A stretch of DNA of 64,000 nt. Origin: Octopus bimaculoides (taxonomy: Eukaryota). Where the stretch lies: assembly GCF_001194135.2 (NCBI RefSeq), contig NC_068984.1, positions 140,895,861-140,959,860 on the forward strand. The letters are read 5' to 3'. Position numbers and translations under genes: made by a program. Shown in pieces: positions 50,142 to 62,551 of the stretch (its first letter is position 1; the number at the start of each line of letters is the position of its first letter). The notes beneath the pieces were generated by a model. That model did not search any database and was not told the origin of the DNA. It saw only the letters and a list, made by a program, of their open reading frames with translations.

Positions 50142-53100
50142 GTAAGAAGACGTCTCCAGAAAGGAAGTATTTGTTTTGTTAATTAGCCGGCATGTCTCTC
50201 TTTATTACTTGTTTTATTATTTATCTGTATAGCTACAATATATTTCTCTCTACCTATAGTGTCCTAACTTTCTGTCTATTTGTGTCATTTTCTTTATTTA
50301 TTCCTCTAATATAAAAATTGTCCTTCCATCGATCTCTAGAATCCCAACTTTCTAGAATCCCAACTTTCTGTTAGGATCTCCGTCTTTTCTATTCATATTT
50401 TCGTCTAATATGTTTGGTATTTGTATTGATCGATTTCTCTATTGCGTCCTAACTTTCTGTCTGTATTTTTCTACTTTCTTATTTGTCTCGATATAGAATA
50501 TTTCTGTCGATCTGTTGTTTGTCCATATGTGTATCTTTTTATTTCTGTTTGTATCTATGTAGACTGTATCGATCTGTTTATCTACCTATAGTGTTTATTG
50601 ATAACTTTCTTTTATGAAGTATACCAATGTATTTCTTACTAGATTAGCTAGGTGTTTGACCGTCTGTAATACACACACACACTAACCTGTGTATGGATGT
50701 GTGTGTTGTCTGCCCCCCCTCTCTCCCTCGAACTTACACACACTCACACAAGTCTGTGTATGTATATGTGAGTGTGTGTTGTCTGCCCGCCCCCCCCCCG
50801 TCTCTCTCAAATACACTAGTCTGTGTATACGTGTATGTATATATGTGGCTGTGCGTGTTATCTGCCTCTCTCTCTCTATGTCTCTGTTTGTCTGTCTCTC
50901 TGTCTCTGTCTCTCTCTCACACACACATTGTGTCTTTACATACCAGTCTGCCTGCCTGCCTGTCTGTCTCTATGTGTCATACAACCTCACCTTCCTGGTC
51001 CCTCCTTTGTTATGTTCACATGATGACGTCACCGACGTATCAAGCCAGTTGTCACAGTATACACACACACACACACACACGCAGTCTTATGTTACCACGC
51101 ACACTTGCATTCTCTCCTAATTTCATATTTAACCAAAGGCAATTTTCGTCGGACACAATGTGATCACTCACTCTTTCCTCTTCCTCCTCCTCTTTTTATG
51201 TTAGCAAGTGTATACACACACACACATACGCACACGCACACACACACACACGCACACACACACACACACACACAAACGCACACACACACAAACACACATA
51301 TTCACTCATAGCAGCTGGTTTTTGTTTAGTACCAAATCAACGCTGACTGAATGCGCATATAATCAAAATGTCTTCTAGCCGTGACCACCCTGTCTATTTA
51401 CAAGTACCTAGGACTACATTACCTTAGGTGTCATTCCTTTCTTAAGATGGTAGTGTGTGATTTGTCTGCTATTTTTAGCAGATTGAGCAAGAATGTAGTG
51501 AATTCCCAATTCCTCGTGTCACAGCTGGTGGTTTTCGTTTAACCCCAGGCCAGATCTATGAAAGTGCCATCGTTTTCAGACAACGTACCCAGGACTATTT
51601 TATCGAATGTGTCCTTCCTTTATGAAGTGGTCTGAGAGAAATTTGGCTGTTATTTTTAACAAGTCAAGCGATCACAATGCTGAAGTGTATGTTGCTGGCC
51701 TGGAAATTCAAGGTTCACGTTTAGTTACTATCATGGCCTGATGTGTTCGTAGACGAGATTCTTAACCCTCTGCTGTACAAAGTAATAACCGAAGAAAAGT
51801 ATCGCTGGTTGTAGAAAAACAGTGGGAACACTATTTATGGATGGATGTTTTTGTTGGCAGACATTGTGTTCCGATCCTGTTTTTGGTTATAACTTCTGTA
51901 GTGAAAGATTTTCCTGGGATTAATTACCTTTGAGATGGAACTACAGGAAAAGGAAAATTTCAGTTGGGACCCAATAGATACTGGTAGTCACTACATCACT
52001 CTTCTCCCTATACATACATACACACACACACACATACTCTTAGTCGTTACTCTTTTACTTGTTTCAGTCATTTGACTGCGGCCATGCTGGAACACCGCCT
52101 TTAGTCGAGAAAATCGACCCCAGGACTTATTCTTTGTAAGCCTAGTACTTATTCTATCGGTCTCTTTTTGCCGAACCGCAAAGTTACGGGGACGTAAACC
52201 AAGTCCACTCACAAGGCTTTGGTCGGCCCGAGGCTATAGTAGAAGACACTTGCCCAAGGTGCCACGCAGTGGGACTGAACCCGGAACCATGTGGTTGGTA
52301 AGCAAGCTACTTACCACACAGCCACTCCTGCATACATACATATACATACACACATATATATAAAGGCACCTGTGCTGGTGACATGTGAAAGGCACCCAGT
52401 ACATTTTGTAAAGTGTTTGGCATTAGGAAGGGCATCCAGCTGTAAAAAACCATGCCAGAGCAGACAATTGGGGCCTGGACAGCCCTCAGGCTGGCCAGCT
52501 CCTGTCAGACTGTCCAACCTGTGCCCATATGGAAAACGGACCTTAAATGATGATGATGGTAATGCTCAATTTTATACTTTAAGCTTATCAGTTGTCAATT
52601 TTACAAGGGTTCTGTTACTTATAGTTGGCAAATGTATCTCTACCATGTGGTACCAATTCATAGCTGGGTAGACTGGGATGGTCTACTAAGGTCATAGGTG
52701 AGTGTCACTCCCTCCTTTTGTGACTAAATAATAGTTTCACTTAAGCACAAGTACACAAACATCTGCTGAAAATCAACCCTGATACTTAACTGTTACTTAT
52801 TTTAGCCTCTAGAATATGAACTTTTGACCTGGTCATCTGAAACACTGTGAACTTAAATGCCTGAACTGTCCATATTCAACTATATCTAATTATAAATAAG
52901 GAAGTATGTGGAGGCACAGTTCACTATTGTACACAGTATGATCTACTGACCTTAACTATAAAAAAATAATATTGAAATTATGTTGCCTGAATCATAAGAA
53001 ATGATGGCCTTACACACATACACACACTGAAATATTAAGCATGTCTGCAGACACACACCCCTACCAATAATTTTACATAAACACAACCAACCACACCCAT

Positions 53101-56100
53101 CTAAATGGGTGGAGGTGACAAGAATTTTGAAACTGATGAAGTAACTATGTAACACACTTCCTTAATGTCTGAAATGACTCAGTCCTTACCCCTATTATAC
53201 CTATATCCATCCCCTGATGTCTGTCTGGTTAACTAGCCCACACCCCTATTACACCCAGTGACATTATCCTCCTTATGTATGCACCCCATCAATGTTACTG
53301 TAGTGCATCAACCCATACCTACATGTCTATCTGTCTGTCTGTCTGTATCTGTCTATCTATCAGTCTCTCTCTCTCTCTATATATATATATAGAGAGAGAG
53401 AGAGACACCTTGTAGTAGTGGTATCCACCCTGTATGAAGTGTTTCTGTCATAAACATCCACCCATGGCCCCAGCCGACAACTGATGAAGGGTCCTTTCTC
53501 TGTGTTAACTTGTCCTGTTTTCCATTTTTTCTCATTGTTTACGTATTTCATTTTATTTGCACCATTGTTGATGTCCTGTACCCATATATGCATGTATGTA
53601 TATATATATATTATTTATTACATATATCATCATCATCATCGTTGAACGTCTGTTTTTCATGCTGGCATGAGTTGGACGCTTTGACTGCAGTCTAAAGAGC
53701 CAACAGCTGCACCAGGCTCCAATCTGATCTGGTAATGTTTCTATAGCTGGATGCTCTTCCTAACGCCAACCACTCCAAGAGTATAGTGGGTGGTTTTTAC
53801 ATGCCACCGGCACAGGGAGCCATATGTATTTAGAATATTACACTTACCTTTTCCATTGGTCCCCAGACACAAAATTATTATGACATTTAAAGCAGGTCTC
53901 TATACCTCACGGTCTTGAACAGTTCTGCTTTCAGCCAGACCAATCATTGACCTTAAATGTCTCTAGTATTGACATTCCTAGCAGTGGACATCTTGTCAAG
54001 TATGTTCTTTAAATTCTCGGAGTGAAGAAAGTTCTGCTCCTGAGATCAAATCCACTGTATATTCAGTTAGACACTGCTTCAATTGTTTTATTTTATGCAT
54101 GTTGTTGTTGTTGTTGTTAGCCCCCAGATCTAACTCAGACTGAGTGGACCTATGATTAAAGAAATTCCATGGTCATCTCCTTTTTACTCAGGCAATATAT
54201 TCAAGATGACAACAACAACAACAATAATAATAATAATAATCCTTTATACAATAGGCACAAGGCCTAGACTTTGGAGGAGGGGGACAGTCGATTACATCGA
54301 CCCCTTCCCCCCCAGTACTCAACTGGTACTTATTTTATTGACCCTCGAAAGGATGTAAGGCTAAGTCGAACCTGGTGGAATTTGAACTCAGAATGTGAAG
54401 ACGGATGAAATACTGCTAAGCATTTTGCCTGGTGTGCTAATGATTCTGCCAGCTCACCACCATAATAATAATAATCCTTTCTACTAAAGGCACGAGGTCT
54501 GAAATTTGCGGGTAGGGGACCAGTTGATTACATTGATCCATTGATCCCAGTGTTTCACTGGTACTTAATTTATCGACCCCGAAAGGATGAAAGGCAAAGT
54601 CGACCTCAGCAGAATTTGAACTCAGAATGTAAGGACAGGCAAAATACTAACGATTCTGCTAACATGCAGCCTTAATAATAATAATAATAATAATAATAAA
54701 TTATTTTATAGCCACAAGGGCTCATGTACAAAACATTAAAAGACATACAACGACATAAAAGACAAAAATAGGTCGATACAATGGGTTTTCGCATGTACAC
54801 AATGTAATAACAAAAGACTTGAACTAATTAAAACTCCCAAATGGGGAGGCACTTTAAGGTCTTTGTGGAAAACCCCACAAAAGTCACGGGTGCTTGAACA
54901 ACAGGGCAAGAGCCTGTCTCCATTTTTTTTACAGGTGTATGCTCAGAATTGGTCCTTTCACACCTGGTATTCTTCCAACATTCACTCATTTTTCAACAAA
55001 CTTGCTACAAGGCAATACTTCCTTCTCCACCCACAACTTCCTTTTCAAGTGAAATAATAATAATAATAATGATGATGATGATGATGATGATGATGAGCTT
55101 ATTGTTTACAGTGCTCAGGTGCACTACAACTCATCAGGACAAAGTGGCCAAAATTGCATAAACACAACATAAACTAATGCACAAGAAGCAAACAGTGAAT
55201 GAGTCATTACAAAAAAAGTGGTGGTGGTGGCCGGACATCAGGTGTATTGTTTCGTGAATTTCAGAAAGCCTGGAAGTTTTGAAGGTTGTAGTGTCCTGAC
55301 AGCTAACAACTGATGTGGATATCCAATATATCCTTCTTTGTTTATGATGGTAGGTTGTGTTGAGGGGGGATTTGGCTGCTATTTCTCCCCTTTTGGCTTT
55401 TTGCAAATTATAGTGTCATTGATTGTAGGTTTTTCACTAATGGGTCGCTTGTATATTTCTATTGGTGACTGTGCGATGGAAGTGTCTGTGCAACTTGGGT
55501 GGATTTAATACCACAAGGTAGTTTTGTTTGAATGAACTTCCATTTTATCAGTTTTTTTTTTCCAGAAAAAGATACACATATTCATACGCATATGAATGCA
55601 TACTTGTATGTGTGTGCATATATGTATGTATTTATGTTTGCGTGAATGTATGTTTGTGTGTGTGTATGTTTGTGTGTGTATGTATCTATGTATGTATGTA
55701 TGTATGTGCATGTATGTATGTGTGCGTGTATGTATGTGTGTATGTATATATGTTTGTGTATGTATATATGTTTGTGTATGTATATGATGCATGCATGTAT
55801 GTATGTATATATGTATGTATGTGTGTGTATGTATATATGTTTGCATGTGTGTGTCTGTGATGTGTGTATGTATGCATGTATGTATGTATGTATACTGTTA
55901 CCTTGTATACGCTGATGAAGATGTTAGGTGGATGTGGGACATTTCTTTACTTCATAGGATTATAATTTGTTACCTTTTAATAGGGTGGCAGCCCATTTCA
56001 TCCCAGCTGGAGTAGAATCCTGTCTTGCTCCAGCTGGCTTGGTAGCCTATCTTTCCCTGGTCGTGATGATAGCCTATATTGCCATGGCAGACATAGTACC

Positions 56101-58832
56101 CTTACCTTGTCCCAACTGGTACAAATACCTCGTCTTGTCATGGCTGGGATGGTAGTTTGCAGCTCATCTCATTTCAACTGGGGTAATTGTTTGCTATATC
56201 CCAAGTGGGGTGAATGCCCGTCACATCCTGAATAGGGTGACTATTTTGGGTGACATTCCTCGGTATTCTGGAACCTCTTCTCAACATCTAAGAGAACAAT
56301 GATGTATAGAATTCTGTGCCCTGCTCTCTTTCTTTTCCAAAGCAGTTTTGTTATATTTGAACTCTAGACCTGTGAGACTTCAGTCGTTACCCATGGCCAC
56401 CAACTCATTATTGTTTCTGCTGTATATGCAGTACATATGTGTGCATATATGTTTATATATGTATATATATTGTACATATATGTTTGTGAAGGTGCATGGG
56501 TCAATGGTTTGAGTGTCGGGCGCATGATCATGAGGTAGTGATTTCGGTTCCTGGACCAGGCTGTGTTGTTTTCTTGAGCAAGACACTTTATTTCACATTG
56601 CTCCAGTTCACTCAACTGTAAAAATGAGTTGTGATGTCACCGGTGCCAAGCTGTGCCGGCCCCTTTGCCATTCCCTTGGATAACATCAGTGGTGTGAAGA
56701 GTAGTTGTATGGTTTTCTATGAATGTACATGTGGTTGTGTGTGTAAATTATTGTTTGGTAATTATGCTGACATCCACTTAATTTATAAATCTACAGGCAC
56801 ACTCGCACACACACATCTACATAAACACTGATCATATTCACTCACTCACACACACAGATGTGTGTGTGCAAACACATTTTATTACATGTATCATTGTCAT
56901 TAAAGGTCCATTTTCCATGCTAGCCTGCCTTGAATGGTTGAACAGGAGCTGGCAAGCCAGAGGGCTGTACCAAGCTCCTATGGTTTCTATGGCTGGATGC
57001 TCTTCCTAATGTTAACCACCTTACAGAGTATGCTGGTGCTTTTCATGTGGCACCAGCACAGATGCTTCTAATGTGGGTGCTTGACATTAGCTTGGGTGCC
57101 CTTTACGTGGTGCAAGAACAAGTGNNNNNNNNNNCAGATGCTTCTAATGTGGGTGCTTGACATTAGCTTGGGTGCCCTTTACGTGGTGCAAGAACAAGTG
57201 CTTTTCATGTGGCACCAGCACAGGTGCTACTTATGTGGTGCCAGCATGGGTGCTTTTTACATGACATCAGCTTAGGTACCTTTTATGTGGCACCAACTTG
57301 GGTGCCTTTTGCATGGTGCTGGAACAGGTGTTTTTCTTGTGGCACCAGCACAGGTGCTTTTTACATGACACTTGTAAGGTCACCAAGTAGCTTCCAAGGC
57401 TAAGACCTCTCAACTGAGGGAGGGAGTGGAACCGAGGGAAGTAGCTGTGTGTCAGGTGAGAGGTTAGAGTATAATAGAGGGACAGAGAAAGGATACTTGG
57501 CAACCCCAAGAGAAGAAGGGGAGAGAGAATTAGAAAAGGATAGAGAGACAGAGTGAGAGAGAGAAAGATAGATGGTGCTGGAGATGTATTGGGGCCTATC
57601 TACCAGGAACAGTGAGTAGGTGGGGGGGAGTATAAGTAGTGCAGTGGGGATAAACGGGGATGTTCCATAAGAGTGTGAGGGGAGAGGTTTAGGGATGGGG
57701 AAGACATGCCTGTCTTTTTATATTTTTAAGTTACAGGATTTGAGGGTAGTTGGCTTCTATTTCTAGCTGGTATAACAATCACATACAAGCTCCCTAATTA
57801 GTAACAGACATGAATGAAGATGTGGTGGTGTTCAGGTTTTTGTTGGAAGATGTTTTAATTGAGGTATTTGGACCGTTTCCAAAAAATCTTTGCTTTGAAA
57901 GACAGAAGAAGGCACTGTCAGTTAAGGACATGAAATATAGGCACATGCCATTGCTGGTTGTGTGCATTTGTGCATATACTCTCGTGTGTGTGTGTGTGTG
58001 TGTGTGTTTGTACATGCACATGTGTATATGTAAGATGTAGGATATTGAAGCAAAGTTCTTTCACACACTGATTAATTATTAACCATTGATTTATGACACT
58101 ACTATGTCAAACAACTGCTGTGATGTGCAGGGAGTAGAACCAGCTGGCTACCAGGATTACTCTGTCACTGTCTTTTGACCAAGTTCTGGTTTGGCTGGAG
58201 GCTGGGGCCAAAGAAATGGTATAAAGGATTATTAAATGGACGTTGGCATCAGGCATTTTTCATCTCCAATGTGAAGCTAATTATTTCTACCAACTACCAC
58301 AATGGAAGAGACTAGTTCTGCTTGCTTTGGGGCAAAATGTACAAGACTTGAAGGAGGTGGGGGGAAATCAAAATCTGTTTTCATACCACAGTCTTAAGTA
58401 AGGGAAGGGGGTTTTGCTTGGAGTAAAGGGCTGCCAGGAATTTAAAGGGATTGATCCTTCTTTACCAGCTGTTCCCTTTATATTGTCTTGTATCTCTTGT
58501 CTCTCAGGAAGGAGAATCATGGGAAGAAGTGTTATAGAATTATTTGAACATGTCAACATAGGAATTAGCACAAGTTTCAAGAACAATTATTGTCATTAAT
58601 GTTGTTGTTGTCATCATCGTCATCATCATTGTTGTTGTTGTTGTTGTTGTTCTTTGACCTTGAGCATGCCCTGGTTGAATAGACCTAGATATTATTATAG
58701 TTGTAATAAAGTACCAGAGTTGATGTAATTGATTTCTCCCTTCCCCTTGGAAATTGCTGGTACTATGATAAAATTTGAAATCTTTATTATTAAAATTAAG
58801 ATTGTGGTGTGAGTGTGGGTGTGAGAGAGAGA

Positions 58833-58887
<55 letters not shown>

Positions 58888-59274
58888 TATATATACATAT
58901 AGAGGTGCTAGGAAGAGCATCCAGCCATTGAAAACCATGCCAAATCAGATTGGAACTTGGTGCAGGTCCCCAACTTACCAGTTTTCAGTCAAATCATCCA
59001 ACCTATGTTAACATGGAAGACGGACGTTAGATGATGATGATGATGATATATATATATATAAAAACACATGGTGAAGTTAAGTAAGATTCAAGATTCAGGT
59101 AAAAACCTTGTAGAATGCTGTGCAAAGGTTGTCCACAGTTATTGGCTACCTGATGTCATCATACAGTGGAAATACTCTTGCTGCTGGATATACATCAGGA
59201 ATTTCACAGTATCCGTAGAAGTTATATAAATAGACAAATGATAGAAAATGGAATTAATGACATTCTTTATTTAA

Positions 59275-59382
59275 AATCACTACAACTGTTTCAATGCACT
59301 CTTACACCTGTAGTTCACTGGTAAGATGCTATGTAATCCTCTTCTTACATCAAAGGTGTAAAATGCACCTCCTCAGGTGATT
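59275..59382 (-). ncRNA. Type-I hammerhead ribozyme motif with long stem II
   Basis: AAUCAC-CUGAGGA-GGUGCAUUUUACACCU...AGGUGUAAGAGUGCAUU-GAAAC-AGUU-GUA/GUGAUU: perfect 6-bp stem I and a 16-bp stem II with one bulge. Confidence 0.8.
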
Positions 59383-60022
59383 AGTTAAATAAGTTCTTTA
59401 TTAGATTCTCTTGCCATTTCACAATGCCTACCGAAAGTTATGTGACATTCTCAACATTTGGTTTATCTTATGGTTTACAGACAAATGCAATGGTAGCCAA
59501 TATAAATATCATGATCATCATCATCATTTAATGCTTGTTGTCCATGCTGGCATGGGTTGGATGGTTTGACCTGGGATGATAGGCTGCACCAGACTTCAGT
59601 CTGATTTAGAAGGATTTCTATGGCTGGACACCCTTCCTAATGCCAACCATTCCGAAAGTGTAATGGTTGCTTTTACCGGCATGGGTACCAGTTGTGTTGA
59701 CACCAGTTTCTGCCATGATTATGATTTCACTTGGCTTGATGGGTCTTCTACTCAAGCATAGCATATTGTCAATTGTCATTACTTCCATGAGGCCCAATGC
59801 TTGAAAGGTGCTTTTTATGTGCCACTGGTACAAGCGCCAGTTAGTACCTTGTTTATCATTTTGTCCATGTTCTTTTGCCACGTCATGTACCCAGTTATGT
59901 ATCTATGTGTACATGTAGATGAAGGTATGTACATACATGTACATATATATGCATATACTAACATATTGGTTATATATATNNNNNNNNNNNNNNNNNNNNN
60001 NNNNNNNNNNNNNNNNNNNNNN

Positions 60023-60059
<37 letters not shown>

Positions 60060-61412
60060 GTTTGTAGTGTGTAGTGTGCTGAAGAAGATATGTCCAATGC
60101 ATTCAAGCTAAGACAAAAATGGATGTGAAAATAATGCCTAGCTGTGGGGTTAACAATTTCATATTGGAACCCGTGGTTTTAGGTTCAATCTATATAGTCG
60201 CCTCTTGGGCAGATGTCCTCTTCTGTCCCCCAAAGCCTTGTGACTGAAAATGGCAGATGGAAACCGCATGTGTATGTGTGTGTGTGTGTAGCTTACATAC
60301 ATGCAGTTTACTAAGAAAAACTGTCAGCTAAAGGTGATTTTTACCTTACTCAGAGCACAGTATTAAGTACCCAGCCACTCCTGGTGTCCTACTTGTTGAT
60401 ATGCCCAGATTCTAATGAATCTACTAACTAGTCTATTTACCTTNNNNNNNNNNATATATATATATAAATATACATACACACCTATATTTATAAATAGGTG
60501 TGTATGTATATATGTATATATACATCTGTTGGTCTGTCTGTGCATATGGGTGTACACATTTATACATCTAAATATATATAATACAACTACGTAATAGTTG
60601 TCTAACCAAGTGTGTGGTTGCCAGAAATTTCTCCACAAAAGATCAAATACTTTGTCTGCCGGTGCACTCAGCTATACTCATGCATGTACATGTGTGGATA
60701 TATGTGTGTGTGTGTGTGTGAGCATGCATGTATGTGTGTGTGTAAATACTTTACTGTCAGAATTTCACCTACATCTGGAATGTCTTTCCCCTCCACATTT
60801 TTTGTTATGTTGTTGGAATTTCAGAGGTCTGTGTAGTTCCATAGGACTAAATTATATATATATNNNNNNNNNNNNNNNNNNNNNNNNNNNNNNNNNNNNN
60901 NNNNNNNNNNNNNNNNNNNNNNNNNNNNNNNNNNNNNNNNNNNNNNNNNNNNNNNNNNNNNNNNNNNNNNNNNNNNNNNNNNNNNNNNNNNNNNNNNNNN
61001 NNNNNNNNNNNNNNNNNNNNNNNNNNNNNNNNNNNNNNNNNNNNNNNNNNNNNNNNNNNNNNNNNNNNNNNNNNNNNNNNNNNNNNNNNNNNNNNNNNNN
61101 NNNNNNNNNNNNNNNNNNNNNNNNNNNNNNNNNNNNNNNNNNNNNNNNNNNNNNNNNNNNNNNNNNNNNNNNNNNNNNNNNNNNNNNNNNNNNNNNNNNN
61201 NNNNNNNNNNNNNNNNNNNNNNNNNNNNNNNNNNNNNNNNNNNNNTATACTATGGACTTCTTTCAGTTTCCATCTACCAAATCCACTCACAAGGCTTTGG
61301 TCTGCCCAAGGCTATATTAGAAGATACTTGTCCAAGGTGCCATGCTGTGGGACTGTACCCAGATTCATATAGTTGGGAACCAAGCTTTTTACCACACAGC
61401 CACTCCCGCGTG

Positions 61413-61453
<41 letters not shown>

Positions 61454-62510
61454 TACATTAGAAACGAACTTCAATCTTGCTTGCTTGCTTGAAATGTTAC
61501 ACAGCCAAACGGGCATATAATGGGAAAATATTTTGAAAGTAAAGTGCCCCTGAAATATGAATACAAACAGTATAAAATAAGTTTGGCGTAAATGAGACCA
61601 GTGATTAATGAGATATTCAGTGTTTGGGGGTACAAATCATCATCATCATCATCATCGTTTAACGTCCGCTTTCCATGCTAGCATGGGTTGGACGATTTGA
61701 CTGAGGACTGGTGAAACCGGATGGCAACACCAGGCTCCAGTCTGATTTGGCAGAGTTTCTACAGCTGGATGCCCTTCCTAACGCCAACCACTCCTAAAAT
61801 AATGTGTCTAATGGAAAGGTTAGAGTTTCTACCCTGTCAGTGTTAAGTGAAGATGACTTTAAAAATACAGTAAATATTTCGTAAAAGACCTGTTCGCATC
61901 CTCGGTGTGAAATAATTTTTTTCCATAAGTTTCTTTCGAGTGCATCAACATATCTCATCTCCAAAGATTTGGCTGCTATTTCTAGCACGCCCTGCTACCA
62001 CGCAACAGCTATTTGTGGTAAAGGACTCGAAATACTTGTTACATGGTAGCAGGGCGTGCAAAAAATAGCAGCCAAATCATTCCTTTTCTGGAGAAAGGAT
62101 CCATTTACATGTAATTTTGATGTCACATTCATTGAAAGCATGTGAAACAACCTGGAAACAGAAAAAAAACCCCCACGAAACAAAACTCCCTTGCTGGGAA
62201 ACTCAGACTTTCCCGGTAATCTAATGGGTCACAGGTAGTCTAGACACGTATATACTCTATATATACTCTGTATATACATAAATATATACATGCATGTGCA
62301 TGTAAGTGTGTATCTTTTTATAATGGGTGCAGTCATGGCTATGTGGTTAAAAAGTTTGCTTTGCAACCATATGGTTCTGGGTTCAGTCCTTCTGTGCTGC
62401 AGCTTGGGCAAGTGTCTTCTATCATAGACCCAGGCCAACCAATGCCTTGTGAGTGAGTGAATTGGGTAAACGGAAACTGTGTTGAAGCTCATCATATATG
62501 TGTATGAGTG

Positions 62511-62551
<41 letters not shown>

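Noticed and set aside
53845-54070. Strong minus-strand donor AG|GTAAGT at ~53848
   Set aside because: All three upstream frames hit stops and there is no convincing acceptor.
55960-56350. Higher-complexity stretch that might be coding
   Set aside because: There are stops in all frames examined and no recognisable motif; it is likely an old transposon fragment that I cannot classify.
57230-57370. Short regularly spaced repeats superficially like a CRISPR array
   Set aside because: These are degenerate internal modules of SINE family C in a eukaryotic genome, with no unique spacers or cas genes.
61698-61720. CUGAGGA-CUGGU-GAAAC in SINE family C resembling a hammerhead core
   Set aside because: Only 5 nt lie between the core halves, there is no stem II, and there is no NUH with a matching stem I.
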